The notes under the pieces were generated by a model, which worked only from the letters and a program-made list of their open reading frames with translations, was not told the origin of the DNA and ran no database searches. DNA of 64,000 nucleotides from the human T2T-CHM13v2.0 reference genome, Homo sapiens. Positions 33,190-49,319 of this stretch are shown one piece after another. Positions within the stretch are counted from its first letter, which is position 1, and every line of letters starts with the position of its first letter. A program made the position numbers and the translations under genes. The stretch lies in assembly GCF_009914755.1 (NCBI RefSeq), contig NC_060933.1; one strand, 5' to 3'.

Positions 33190-33670
33190 GGCAAAACAGC
33201 TAGGAGTTCTGAAACTATTAATATCTAGCTGTGTGACTCAGGGCAAGTTGCTTAACTTTTCTCTCTGCCTTAGTTTCTTGACCTGTAAAACAGGGATACC
33301 AATAATAGAACTTATCTCAGGGGGTTATTTGGAATTAGAGGAAATACATGCCATGTGTTTTCCACAGTGCTTGACACATAGAACCTGCCAGTAAATGTTA
33401 GCTCTTTTTATGGCAGAGTGGTTAACAGGATGGATTCTGGAGCTAGACGGCCTGGTTTTGAATCTCAGTCATGCCTTATGTGAGTTGTATGACCTAGGCA
33501 AGTTACTTAACCCCTTGTGCTTTAGTTTCCTTGTCTGTAAAATGGGGTTAATAGTACCTAGCTCAAAGGCTGCTGTCAGGATTAAATGAGTTATATGTAC
33601 GAAGAGCCTGGAACAATGCCCATCCCATAGGAAACACTATGTAAGCATTAGTTGTCACTGATATTGTTGC
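33190..33670 (+). mobile_element. Two tandem MIRs
   Basis: core tgtgact/tatgacct..ggcaagtt..ttaac...tttc...ctgtaaaa twice. Confidence 0.8.
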
Positions 33671-35279
33671 TCTTCTGATCTAGGAAGGTTGAAAATAGAG
33701 GCACAGGTGAGCTACTACTTACAGGCTAAGACTGGAATCAGATCAACTCTTTCACTCCTATCCCTGAAGCTAGTCCTGCAACTGGGGCTGCATATGAGGG
33801 CTTGGGGAGAGATCCTATAACCCTGGAATCTGGGATATCCAAGTCCTTCCTCTGCTCTAGCTCTTGGGTTGGTGGTCCCTCCAAGACCCATAGACTCGAA
33901 GTCACTTCTTTTTCCCTCAGCAGGGTTGGGGTGGGGCTGGTAATGGGAGAATTACTTTCTTGGTCTGATAACTCCCTTTAGTAGAGAGTTAGTCCTGGGA
34001 GTGTGAGTTGGGGGAGGTTGGGTAGAGCAGAGGAGATTAAATATCCTTTATGTACCAGCCCACACACACTTGACCTCACCAGAGGGTTGGGAAGACAGAG
34101 ATTCAAAGAGGGGAAGTGATCTGACAAAGTCCTAAAGCTAGAACTTGGCAGAGTTGGCATGTGAACTCTGATCTGCTTGATGGCAAACTTAAAGCCCTTC
34201 CATTGCTGCATGCTTTTTGAAGGGAGAAATGGGACACGTGTAAACTTGGGCCAGGACCATGGGGTAGATGGAAGATGGGCGAAGATAGAGTATTGGAGTG
34301 GGAAGTGGCCAAGCAGGAATGTTTCAATCATGGAAGATTTCCTGAGAAAAGAGATTCCACATCAGGGTTCAGATGGTAGGGGAATGAGGATAGGAAGTAA
34401 AGAAGAGGGAGGGAGCCATGCATTGACAAGGAAGGAGAAGAAAAAACAATTTATGCAAAGGCTGGGTCAGAGTAATGGACATGAATTCAATTTGCCTTGG
34501 GTTTGCCTTACCATTTATTGAAGGCATACTATGTACTAGGTACATACATGATCACATTTGATGTTCACAACAGCCCTGACAAGTGGGTTTCTTATCCCTA
34601 TTTCCAAAAGAGTTCATTGAAGTTCTGAGAGCTTAATCCCCGCTTTAGGTTACACAGTAGTAGCTGGATTTCCTGGCATCAGAACCCTCACCTACGCTGC
34701 CTCTGAGCATGGCTTCTGTGCCCCAGTCTCAATTTCCATGACTGTTTCAAGTCCTCCTGTTCCCCCGCATTTGTAGTCATTCTTGGTGACTGGGAACGAA
34801 GGGCTAGAGCGTGAGCTGAAACTGAGACAGGGAGTGGCAGGCAGGCAGTGGGGACAGAAACTTTTCTCAAATCCACCCATGTGAAGAAGATGGACAGAAG
34901 GGTGGTCTTTCTGGAGAGAGGCTTCCAAGCCACTTTCCCAAGAAAGACAGCTGATCTTGGGATAAATGGCAGGGACCTGATTGGGTAGGGGATGGGTGGT
35001 CACATTGTTTTCTGGGCTGTAGACTTTATTTCCCTTCCTTTGGGAAGAGAAGAGGAAGAGGACAGCTCAGGTGTGGGTTTGAGCCCTGGATTAAGACTGC
35101 CCATTGTCCACTAAAATCTCTTCTTTCCTTGCTGCACGAGGGTGGAGGGACACCCAGCTGGACACTCCATTTCCCAGCTGCTCTTATTGCCAGGTGTAGA
35201 CACAGGGGAATGTGAGGTGAGCATGTCCTCAAAGCCTGACGGATTGGGTAAATTCTCCTTTGTGTTCTCTCTTTCATGA

Positions 35280-35500
35280 GCTGGGCAGATGTGCCTGAGA
35301 CAGGTTTGACCAGGCAACTGAAAAGACATCCCTAAGAGAAGACAAAGCAAAGGTATGAAAGGAACACACGTCCCTGACTGACTAGGAGGAACAGAGCTGC
35401 CTGCTATCTGGAACAACTTCCTCCCAGACTAAGTGAGAAATAAACTTCTGTTTTCTATATGCTACTGTGTTTGGGGGCCTTTGTGTTATAGAAGTTTTGC
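35280..35500 (+). mobile_element. MLT1-type LTR 3' fragment
   Basis: gtgagaaataaacttctg...ctactgtgtttggggg...tgttatag. Confidence 0.5.
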
Positions 35501-35541
35501 TGTCATCCTTTCCAATTCACCTTCTCACACCAGATATTTCA

Positions 35542-35858
<317 letters not shown>

Positions 35859-35879
35859 TTACATCAGATCACGGAATAA

Positions 35880-36095
35880 CTATAATAATATTTATTGGGC
35901 CAGATAGTATGCAAAGGACTCTATGCACATTATTTAGTGTAATCTATGTGACAATCCTCTGAGATATGTGTTACTATTCCAATTTAAACAAGAGGAAACA
36001 GGTTCAAGGAAGGTAAGTTATGTGCTGAGGGACACACAAGAGGGGGTGGAGCTGGATTTCAAGCCCACTGGGTGTACAGAACTGAGCCTTTTCAC
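35880..36095 (-). mobile_element. MIR
   Basis: gaggaaacagg...aggtaagt...gctggatttcaagccca. Confidence 0.7.
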
Positions 36096-37089
36096 CATGG
36101 GGGCAAATCCCTCCTGAGGACAGGGCTGGAAAGGCCATGGAGATCATCTTGTGCTTGGACAAGCCTCTCACCAGTCACCACAGGGCCCTGACTCCCATTC
36201 CTACCTTCAAGAAGCTCAGCAGGCTACTACTCGTGTTCATGTTGGGTCACTACATACGGTTTTATTTGAAGGAAGGACCCCAGAGTTAAACTCATTTGAA
36301 AACCCCTGATAAATTCAGTCCCCTCCCTCTTTTTACAGGTGAGGCCCGGAGAGAAGATATGACTTGCTTAAGGTCACACACTTAGTTTCTCTGTCAATCT
36401 TTCTAAATCTAGGACGAGTTCTCTTCCCACTGTATCAGGCTGCCTCAACAAACAGGGAAGTACAAAAATAGCCAAATCCAGGAAGGAGGGCAAGTGGTCT
36501 GTGTCTCCTCCAATTATTTCATGGGACAGCCAAGCCTATTTTCTTGATTTCCCTTGTGCCCCTCCTGTCGGATATCTGCTTTGGGACCCATCTCTTTTGG
36601 GCTTGCAGAGAGAACGGGCTGCACCAGCTCTCTACCCTCTGCATCACCCAGATGGTCAAACATGCAAAGGGAAAGGAGAGCTGGGGCCAGAGTCAAGGCA
36701 GGCAAAGAGACTCTTCAACCCCCTCCAGTCTTTCCACATTTATATTTTTGGAATTTCAGGCTCCCTCCTCCCCCGGGACCTTTCCTAGTAGCCCACCAGG
36801 GAGAAGAAGAGGGAAAACTGTCATAAATTTCTCCTATTTATACAAGATGACAGAGTTTCTTGTGTCAGAAAAAACACAGAAAGGGAGCTGTCAGGGGAGA
36901 AGGGACCCAGCCCTATATCTTCTGGGGTCAATTTATCTTTCTGAATCATGGCTTGGGGGCTACCCTAACATTGCCTGTATGAAATGCAGGCTTTGACTTG
37001 GGGCAGCCAGGCCAGACAGCCCCTGAGCTTTGTTTCTGATCACAGTTTTCCTGCTTCATCTCAACTTCCCCCTACCCCTTACGCTGTCT

Positions 37090-37560
37090 TTTTAAAAAAC
37101 AACCTTCTTGAGGTATAATTCATGTGTCATACAATTCACCATTTGAAATGTACAATTCAATGGTTTTAGTATATTCACAGGTATGCCAAACCATCACCAT
37201 AGTTAATTTTAGAACATTTTCATCACCTCAAAAAGAGATCTTGTAACCTTTAGCTATCACCTCCCTATCCCCCCATATTCCTTCTTGCCCTTAACAATAC
37301 TAATGTACTTTCAGTCTCTGTAGATTTCCCTATTCCGGACTTTCATATGAATGGCATCATATAATAAGAGACCTACTGTGACTAGCTTCTTTCATTGAGC
37401 ATAGTGTTTTCAAGGTTCATCCATGTTGTGGCATTTATCAGTACTTCATTCCTTTTCAAGGCTGACTAATATTCCATTGTATGGATATATCACACTTTGT
37501 TTATCCGTTCATCTATTGGTGAACATTTGGGTTTTTTCCACCTTTTGGATATTATGATTC
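37090..37560 (-). mobile_element. L1MB 3' end
   Basis: ttgaggtataattc...tacaattcaatggttttagtatattcaca...tattccattgtatggatat. Confidence 0.88.
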
Positions 37561-38520
37561 TCTCTTTCCTCTTATTGTCTAGACATCTTGGATAGTATCC
37601 AGTGAGGCCTGTGGGCAAGAATGGGTGTTTCTTATATTTGGGAACACCTAATATCCATGAAAGCAGGGTCTTGGCACATGTCTGCTTTCATATTAAGTAC
37701 ACGTACTAGCTGGAATTTTCCTCCCTCTGTTGTTACTGAGTTGGGGCTGCTCCCTCCTTTACCAATTCTCCCTTTTTATCATGATTGCTATGTTGGAAAC
37801 TTGCTGACTCTTCAGACTAGGGGATTCAGATCCTTCTCTTGGGGCTTCAGAGACATGGAGTGGATGAATGAATGTCTTCCCATGAGGGAGGAGTTCCCTG
37901 AGTCTGGTCTCAAGTGATTATCCAGTGCCTCACAGTGGAAGGAAGGTCTGTGAAGACTCCAGGGTCGAGGGAAAGTTATGTTCTTGGAGGTATGACTGAG
38001 CCCAGAATCCAGGCCTCCAGTGTCCATCTCCTTGCCTGGCCCATTTCAGTCTTCAGACATGCTTTGAGGTCAATCCAGTCACTCACCCAGCAACAGACAC
38101 TGCCTCTGCCCTCATGGACCTTGCAGTTCTAGTGGTGAGAGTAAGATGAATACAAGTGAACAAAATGATGGCAAGTTGTTCAAGCTTGTTCAAACTTCTA
38201 AACACTGTTCAATGAATGAATGAACTAACAAGAACTTACTATGTGCTCTGGAAAGAAAATGTGAAAAATGTCGAGTTGTAAATCACTTTCTGCTACCACT
38301 ACCTTTCCTAGTCTGGAAGTCAGCATTACTTCTCCATCCCTTGGAGGAGATAGTGGGCAGATATTACAAAATGTTAGCTAAAAAGAGCTACCATTTATTG
38401 GACCAGACATACACCAAGGGGTTTCTATAGTTCATTAATTTTCACCCTTTGAATTAGGCATCAATATTTCCATTTTGAAGATGAGAAAAACCGAAACTCA
38501 GGGTTTAAGTAGCTATCTGA

Positions 38521-38925
<405 letters not shown>

Positions 38926-39575
38926 ATGTATGTGTTTTTATGCCTAGCACTTCATAACAAATGCCAACATCTCTTCCTGCGGCCCTACCACAGAGGGAGC
39001 TGATCAGTTTCCCCTCCTGCCCAAAGGCAAAGCAGCCACAGTGGAAGTGCCTGAGTCCTCCCTCACAGCCTTCTGTCTAGTGGTTATTCCCGCTTCAAGG
39101 CTAAGGAAGGGAAGGACCCGTTTTGCCTTCAAAGGCTTTTTCCTTCCAGCCCTTGCTGTGCAGCCCGTTGTGTGTGGGAGGAACCATGAGAGGCCTGGAT
39201 ATTGTCAACAAAAGACTTGAACAAGCCAAAGAGCTGATTATGTTGACAAGAAGGGGACCTTAACAAGGCAGATAATCAAAAGTTGATGACTGACAGCCCC
39301 TTTCGCATCCCTTCACCCTCTACTAAATCAGGTCTCTTACATGATCTTGATGACAAATAATAAAAATTATAAACACATTACAGTTTTCACATGCATTTGT
39401 TCACTTCTCACAGCAAATATGAGATTTATCTAAGGCTGAGCAGCTTATTACAGAAAAAAGTTTATGGGACTAGAACCTTAATTTTATGTAACAAAATTTA
39501 TATAGAGCTTACCATGGATCATGTACTCTCCTAAATAGTTCAAAACTTTCATTTTTAGAGAGATGGGTGTCTTGC

Positions 39576-39865
<290 letters not shown>

Positions 39866-39874
39866 GTGGGGGAG

Positions 39875-39983
39875 CAGTCTTGCTATGTTACCCAGGCTGG
39901 TCTTGAACTCCTGGGTGCAAGCAATCCTTCCACCTCAGCCTTCTGAGTAGCAGGACTATGGGCCCATGCCACCAGGCCTGGCT
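39875..39983 (-). mobile_element. Alu monomer (FLAM-like)
   Basis: gtcttgctatgttacccaggctggtcttgaactcctggg. Confidence 0.85.
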
Positions 39984-41189
39984 GTATCTCATAACTATTA
40001 ACTCATCTACTTTTTCACCACCATGTGAAGTAGGCATTACTGTTATTCACATTTTTTAAGATGCAGAAACTGAGGCATGGTAATCAAGTATCTTACCCAA
40101 GGTTGTACAGCCAGCATGTGGTAGAACAGGCATCTTGAGCCCAGCCCCAGCATCTGTAACCACTTCGCAAGGTGGGCATCGCATGGGGACTACACTTGAA
40201 ACTCTAGTTTGTTAGTCTGGTGCCCCTGCTTCCGCCTGCCTCCCTCAGTCTTTATGGCCCATTGGAAAAAGTAAGCCAGAGCTGTGGCTCCCAGGGTGAC
40301 GATCCTTCAGCTGCATCCTTGGCACTGTCATTCCCTCCCCCCATCTCCCACCAAGGGCTACAGCCGAGAATACCACAGACGGTTTGCCATGGATCAAGAT
40401 TTCTCTCAAGAAAGAGCTCACAGAAAGGCTGCTGTGAGAAAGGAAGTCACTTGCTACTCCCCTCATTCCTCCATCAGGAGGAGCTAGATGAGGTCACTGT
40501 ACATTTGAGTGGGTGCTATCAAAGCACAGCCTCTGGCCAGCGTGGAGGCAAATGTGGGCTGTGTGGCCCGTGACTCAGTGGCTGAAAGGAAACCTGAGGT
40601 GGTAGGTGATGGAACTGATTGAAATAAAACTTCTGTAGGAATGCTGCATGCCATTCATTCAACAGTGCTCCCTGACCAGGGCCCAGGGCTGTGCATATGA
40701 GCTGCAAATGGGTTTGTTCATTCATTTACATATCTATTTGCTTATTTATTCAATAAATTCTGATTATGCCCCTAAGAGGCACTGTGCTAGATATCAAGGA
40801 AGAACAAGACAAAATCCCTTCCCCACAAGGGCTCCCGGTCTAGAGAGGGGAGGAGGAAGGGAGATCCACAGTGATTTGTATCATATGCTGAGGAAAGAGA
40901 GTCATTTACTATCACCGTTTGACATCCTCACCCCCAGTGCGGTCCTTCTCTTTGTCTCTCCATGCTGGGAGTGGGCAGTCCCTGCTCTGCTGCCCTTCAG
41001 ACACAGCCCTCTTCCCTCAAGCTGCCCTCTGCCTGGATCCCACCTTCCTTGTGAGCTGGAGTATTTGCTTGTGGGAGTCTTGACTCTCCTTCCCTGTCAG
41101 TCACTGTTTGGCTGCAGGCAGTGACAGTGGTGGCAATAAAGCAGCAGAGAGGAGGCTTTGGTATCAGAGCAGGGACTCACGGGTGGGAT

Positions 41190-41625
41190 GGGACGGGGAT
41201 GGTTTTATGTTTGCCCCACTGTGTTCTCTGTGCTGCTCTGCCCAGGGAGGCTGACCTCTGCAGACTGTGTCACATGGGCCCCCTGATCTCTCGGCCAATA
41301 GAGTTCCCGGCTGAGAAGGGGGAGAGAGGAGTCAGGGTATTTGTTTCCTCCATTCCCTGTCAGCCCCCCTTTTTGCCTGCTTGAAGCTCTGGTGGTGGTT
41401 GTGTTTCCTCCTTGGTCACAGTTTTGCTGAGTGGCCTCTCTCCTGTGTCCCGTGAGCCCAGTTGGCATTGGGCTTTGGTAGAGATATTTCTATCCTGGTG
41501 CCACACTAGCCCTTATTAGTTTTCTTCATCTGGTCTATGCCTTTAGAAACTGCCACATCACTAAACCCTTCAGTGAAACCCTCTCGAATGTGTCATTTAT
41601 TTTCTGTTGCCACCCTGACTGGCTC
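41190..41625 (+). mobile_element. LTR33-type LTR
   Basis: gctctgcccagggaggctgacctctgcagactg...gaatgtgtcatt...accctgactg. Confidence 0.6.
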
Positions 41626-42099
41626 ACCTGGGTGCAGAGGAGGTGGGGACAGAGCAGGTTGGGGCTCCAGTTCAGCTTTGTTATCCCTCTTTTTCAGGGT
41701 TTCCCAGAGGAAGAGAGAGAATTTGGACAAATGAATGAGGAACAATGCTCTCCTGAGAGTTTCTTTAAGGGGCGAGGGTCACTGCCACTAGCTCCTTTGA
41801 AAGCAGAATTAAGAGGCAGTGCAGGAAGGCACAGCAGGAAGGCTTATGGTTAGACTACAGAGAAGGAAACAGCCACTGCTGGGGACCTACCCTGTGCTGG
41901 TCACTGACAAGCTGTCTCATTAAACCTTCCCAGACCCTCAACCCCTCCTAGTATCTTATCCTCATTTTACAGATGAGAAGACTGTGGCCCAGAGAGGTAA
42001 AGATCTGGGGAGCAGGATGGGAGCTTCACTTTGTCTCAGTTGCTCTGGCAAAGAGAAGCCTCACCTTGTGATCAAGGGATTGGGAGGGTGACAGATAAA

Positions 42100-42340
42100 T
42101 TTTGGCTTAAGTGTCAGCATAGCACTGGGAATCTGGAGCTAGATGGCACTGGCTTGACTCCTTGGATCTGCCTCTTACTGGCTGTGTGATACTGGGCATG
42201 CCTCTGTTTCCCCATCTATAAAAATGGGGCTAATGATAACAACACCTGCCTTACAGGTTGTGTAGAAGGTTGAATTTGTAGTTGTGAGGTGCCCAGGAAC
42301 AGTGCTGGCACACAGTGAGCGCCATACACAAGTGTTAAAG
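42100..42340 (+). mobile_element. MIR
   Basis: ctctgtttccccatctataaaaatgggg...gtgctggcacacagtgagc. Confidence 0.7.
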
Positions 42341-44967
42341 AATGGAGCCTCCTGCTCTCTCCTTATTTTCCACCCCCTGCCCTCTTCTCATTGCCCACCT
42401 CCCCTGCCTTCTCCTCACCATCCTGAAAAAGGGTGAACAGCCACCCAGGAGCCCCTGAACGGGCATGTTGGTCCCAGGCCCTTTGTGAGCATGCTTTTCC
42501 CTGCCCTGCCCCCTGTCATCACCATTCTGGATGGAGCAGCAAGGACGGAGACACTTAGTTGGGCTGTCCACTCCAGGTCCAATGCCAGTGGGATCAGCTT
42601 TGATGGGATGCACACAGACTGACCTCTTCTCCCCAGCCCCTTCAACTTCCCAGAGCTGCAGGGGGCCTGGGAGTTCTTGGTAACAGCACATTAAACCTCT
42701 GTTTGTGGGAACTTTAATTTAAACACAAATCAGAGACGGCAAATGACTCTGGCAGCCAGATAAGCCATCCCGGGAGAGCAAGGAGAAAGCCAAGAGAATC
42801 AGCCCAGATGAGTCCTGACTTTAAACTACTGGTGATACCCAGAAGCCTGGGACAGATGAAATCTAGGGGTCCTGAATGAAGAACCCCAGAAGCTCCACAC
42901 CCCAGTTGTCCTTGCTCTGGGCTCTATGCCAGCTCCCTCTCCTGTGTTCTCTATATTTCTATCTTTTTGCAAAATTCTAACCTGATTCTTTGGCTCCATC
43001 CCTCCCACCCCCACCCCACTGTTTTAGAGAATGCACTTTCTTTACTTTGCTTCTCATCTTCTTCTGTGACCTACTATTCTGAGAAAGTTCTACTTGTTAC
43101 CTAACCTCCATCTATGCTACTACCTTTAGAGTCTAATACATCCTGCTTAGTGGTAGCTCTGGGAGTTTCTGTTCATGTGGCAAATGTGGTGTAGTAAAAA
43201 CAACCTGAAAAAGACCTGGGTGAACTTCTCTGCATCTCAGTTTCCTCATCTGTATGATGAGTGTGTGAGAAAGAATCTCTAAGGACTTGTAAACTCTGAC
43301 TTCTCACAGAGAATCTGAGGACAAGGACATCCCAGGAAATCTCTATTGTTCTGGAACCCATGAATTTTCCACTGTTCTACTGTTTGGGAGTGAGCGTGGG
43401 GAGAGCAGTCAAGCCTGTTGATTCCTTTCTGGAAGGGGTCTACAGGCTTTGCTTCCACCCCTCCGCCCACAACCCAGGCTTAGGCCAGGCCCAGGCCCAG
43501 GAGAGAGGATGCCTTTTCAGTTCTGTCAAGGCCTGCTGAGCCCAGCTCTGTGGGGCTGTGGCTGCTAAGATGTTGTCTCCATCCTCTGGGGTAGGAGCAA
43601 CATATGTTCCCTCTGTCACAGCACCTGTGAGGGTGGCAGAGGGATGGCAACCCCCAAGAGGGCAGAGTTCCATCTCTCCAACTGACTTTGAAGCATCTTT
43701 TTATCCTGCTTTTCTGGGAGGCTTAAAGTGAAGGCGGAGGGAGATATCACACAGTCCCAAAGCCCCCACTAAATGGGGAGCTACTGTCTTTCATCTTTCA
43801 TGCAGGGTAAAAGAAGACACCTTGGCTACAGCAAGAGGAAAGAAGGTCAAACCACAGGCAGAACTTTCAGGTTGAATGTTAGAGCAGACTGTGATCCCAA
43901 GAGATCATCCAAGACCCTTGGTCTCAGAGGATGCCTATGAGGCCCTGGTCCCTGGCTGGGGTGGGAACAATAATCTCAACAGCCCCATGCTAGACTGACT
44001 TGGGAGTCAGAAGGTCCCTGGGACTAGAATAGAAGGACTTTGGCATTTTCCCTGGCCTAGGGCCCTTAGACAGAAGTGGGCAGCTGCCATCAGGAGCCTG
44101 GGGCCCAGCTGTGTCCACACCTTGCCCGCCTCCCCCCTCCTGAGTGCCTGGCTGCCCCTGGAGCCCCAGGCTTGCCTGCCATCTGGGCAGCTCAGAGGAG
44201 AGCCCACTGCCAAGGGAGTGCCAGCGTTGATTTATGGCCCACAACCTTGGCAGGCTCAGGCTGTGTGCCCGAACTGCCTTTGCTCAGGGAAGAGATGCTC
44301 CTCTTAAAGGGACAGTGCAGAGGAATGCAGGAAAGTCCAGGACGAAAGCTTGGCAGGGGGCTGGCAAAAAAGACCTCCACCCATCAGCACTCTGGGTGAC
44401 TGTCACTCCCTAGGGAAACTTCTCCCTAGGGAACCACCCATCATACATGTTATCATACCCTATCCTTTGTAGACTTGGCCCAACTGTAACATATTAATAT
44501 GTTTACTGTCAGTCTCTCCCACTGGACTGTAATCTCTAGGAGGGTAGGAACCAGACCCATTGTGCTCATTCCTGAATATTCAGCACCAAACACAGTGCCT
44601 GGCGCCTAATAAGATCTCAGTAAGAATTTGTCAAGTGTAGGAAAGAATGAATAAATGAAGGTCCTTGTCCATGAGGTGGAGGGAAGCCCACGTGTCTTCT
44701 TAGTGCCTGCCATGGTTTCCGAGACCCTGCGGCATCTGCTGCTACCCCCAGGATCTCTCCCTCCAGGACCCTTCCTCACCCCTGTCATATCAACCCAGGA
44801 CCAATGGGGCCAATCTTATCTGGATACCCTTGCCTTCCCACTTTCCTTGAGTCACCTTTCTTAAGTCCTTCACACAATGTTCTTTTCCTCCAATTTTCCT
44901 TCCTCCAAGATACTTTCTCAGATTACCTACAGCCTCAGTCCTGGATTCAGATACTCTTTCAGATAAT

Positions 44968-45288
44968 CTTTTATTTTTTTATTTTTATTTTTATTTTTTA
45001 TTTTTCTTGAGACAGAGGCTCCCTCTGTCACCCAGGTGGAAGTGCAGTGGCAGTCTTGGATCACTGCCACCTGTGTCTCCCAGGTTCAAGTGATTCTCCT
45101 GCCTCAGCCTCCAGAGTAGCTGGGATTACAGGCTTGTGCCACCATGCCCAGCTAATTTTTGTATTTTTAGTAGAGACGAGGTTTCATCACATTGGCCAGG
45201 CTGGTCTCGAACTCCCGACCTCAAATGATCTGCCCCCCTCAGCCTCCCAAAGTGGTGGGATTACAGGCATGAGCCACTGTGACTGGCC
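44968..45288 (-). mobile_element. Alu
   Basis: Alu reverse complement. Confidence 0.92.
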
Positions 45289-45522
45289 TATCCAGCAATA
45301 TTTACTGAGTATCTACTATGCACTGGGCACAGGTTGCCAAGAATTCATGAATAAATGGAACAGGCATAATCCCTGAACTCAAGGACCATACATTTCAGAG
45401 AGTGAAACAGACAAAAAAATAAGTAAGCAAGTTAGCAAATAGATACATGCAATTTTGAGACCTGTTGTGAAGTGGGTAATCACAGACAGGGTGGAGCAGG
45501 GACCCTTTAAATTGGGTGGTCA

Positions 45523-45965
<443 letters not shown>

Positions 45966-46059
45966 TCAGTCACCTGGGTGTGCACAGCAGCATTTGGGGG
46001 ATGGGAGTGGGAGAGGAGCTTTCCCAAACTGCACTCTCCTATCTCTTTTACATTTTGAA

Positions 46060-46250
46060 AGCCCCTGCCCTTCTAATGTGGGAGGACCACTGCTTAAAAT
46101 CTTTGGAGAAGCAGCCCTGGCCTTACCTGGAAGCTGGTTAGAAAACAGAGCTCAGGTGCCACCCCAGATCTACTGAGTCAGAATCTGCATTTTAACCAGG
46201 TCCCAGGTCATTTGTATGCACAGTGGTGTTTGAGAAGCAGTGTTTCAGGA
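46060..46250. mobile_element. MER5A-like hAT element
   Basis: ctactgagtcagaatctgcattttaaccagg...tttgagaagcagtg. Confidence 0.75.
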
Positions 46251-47123
46251 AATACCTCACAGGAGGGATGGAGTGTGAGGACATCAGATGATGTGAGGTG
46301 GGTGGGGTTGGGGGGTTGGTTGCTGAAGAGTGGATTTGAATCAGAGATGGGGGTCTGAGTGTGTATATGTGCCTCTGTGTGTGTGTTCCTCCAGCCCTAA
46401 TGACTGTGGGCTATATGAGGATGTGCATCTCCAAGCGCTTTTCCTTCCATGGGTGTGGAGTACCAGGGGATACATCTTTATCCCACTGTGACAATGCCCC
46501 CACTTCCACCTACAGCTGTGAGTCAAACAGAATCTGCCAACCTCTGGGCGGTGGGAGCATCTCGGAAGCAAGGCAAGGCAAGGAGATCCCTTGTTCCTGA
46601 CCTCCGGCAATCCATTTTATTTGACCCGAGTCTCATAAAGGAGTCCTGATGAGCCCAATCGCTTGCTAATGGTTATGAGCCGAGACCTGGGGATTTATGG
46701 CTGAGGCCTCCGTGGCCACGAACAGGAGTAGGGCTACGCAAAGGAGGCCAGGCTGTGCATGGCTTCAGTTCATGGAGGCCTGTACCCAGAACCACCGCGG
46801 AGACTACCACACCCCCACCTCCAAATCTGGGGCAAAGAACATTGCCCTGGGTGGGGGAAGCTGGGCTAAGGAGAAAAAAGACCTCTGGCTGGAGATGTCC
46901 AGGGATGAAGGGTGAGTGTCTGGGAAACTGGTCTGACTTGGCTGGGTGGGGTGTAGGGGGAGATACTGGAGAAGTGAGTGGAAAGGGCACTGGAATTGGA
47001 GCCAGTCAAACTGGGGTTCAAATCCTGGATCTGTTTTGCACCCGTGTATGACACTGGACAAATCATGGCTCTCCCTGAGCCTCATTTTTCTCATCTGTAG
47101 ATGGGAATTGTGACGCTATCTCA

Positions 47124-47415
<292 letters not shown>

Positions 47416-47474
47416 AGAATTAAATGAGATAATGTTTGTGAAAAGCACTTCGAATACCAATTGTATATATTTAA

Positions 47475-47904
<430 letters not shown>

Positions 47905-48333
47905 TAGTTGCCCCACAGATACTAAGAGGGGACACAGTGCTCTTTTGGTTGCCTCCAGCTCTGATGTTTTGTAGTTCTAACGAGGAGTCCTTATTTGGAA
48001 ATGGAACTTTGGAATGGTTTGGATCTCATTCTGGCCATAGAGAGGGCATCATTGCAACTGTGGCTTCAGGGCCAATGTGCGCTTAGGGGGGCTGAGTCAG
48101 AACAGCCCCCTCTTCCTCGATAGTGCCATCCTGTGAGTATAACCCCTGTATGGGTGTTGGACACAGTGTTGGGGAAGACTGTGCAACAGGGGTAAGTAGG
48201 AAAGGCCCTGTGGTAGGGGGTTAGCTGGGTATCCATGGAAATGCCTGAACTACTCATGCCTTTTGCACAAGTAGGTCTTCAAATAATCTCTTCTGCTTCC
48301 CTCTTTCCCACTCTTTCCCTGTCTAAGGTGTGT

Positions 48334-48363
48334 GGTGGTGGTGGTGGTGGTGGTGGTGGTGGT

Positions 48364-48396
<33 letters not shown>
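48334..48396 (+). repeat. Compound microsatellite (GGT)11(GT)15
   Basis: counted directly. Confidence 0.95.
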
Positions 48397-48397
<1 letters not shown>

Positions 48398-49319
48398 TAA
48401 CCTGATTGGGAGAGTAAGCCAAATGGAGTGAAGTGGAGAAACATCCCCAAAAGTCCCAGGTAGAGACCTAAGGATTCCTAAATCACAGTGCAGAACAGGG
48501 TCCTCTACCCTTTTCCCATTCTGGGAACATCCTGAAGCCAGTCATTGTGGGAGAGAGACATGATCCCCAACCCAGCCTCACAGACCCCACCCTTCTTCCA
48601 CGCTTTGCCCTACCCTCCTTTCTTGTGCTTGTATCCTAACCTTAAGCCCTAGAGACTTCTAGGTACCCAGAGAGCAGCCTATTCAGTGATGTTTACTGAG
48701 CGCATGTTATGTGCCTTGCACTGGGCCTGGAGCAAGGGCTAAGGAGTGAAATTAGACCTGATCCCTGTCCTGAAGATGTCACAGCTGAGTAGGCAGAAAG
48801 ACTTTAAACAGATAATGGCAACACGATGTGCTAAGGAACATCAATGTACAAGATAACAGGTAGTCTGTATTTATGGGAGAGGGAGGCATAAAAGAAGATG
48901 CTTCAGCTGCTTTCTAAACATGTTTGTCGTGGAACATTGAAAACATATGAAAACAGAGCAGTATAGTGTCCTCATCATGCAACTGCAACAATGGTCACAC
49001 CAGGATCTTGGCGTGTCTATACTCCCACCCACGTTCCATACCCCACTGCACCATTACTTGGGGTGGAACTGGGTTGGTTTTGAAAGAGGAACAGCAATTC
49101 CCCAAGTAGAAAGTGCTGGAGGGAAAAGTTTGCAGGCAGAGGGGATGCTGTGCTCAGAAGCTTGAGCAGTGCCTGATGCTGGTACATCAAACCGAAGCTG
49201 AAGGAGTGGGACAAGATGCTTTGGCCCCCGTGCATTCTGGCCCTAATGCATCTGTCACACAGCATGCCCTGTGGCTCCTTTTGGAACTCGGGTCTCCAGG
49301 CAAGTCTTCGGAAGAGCCA

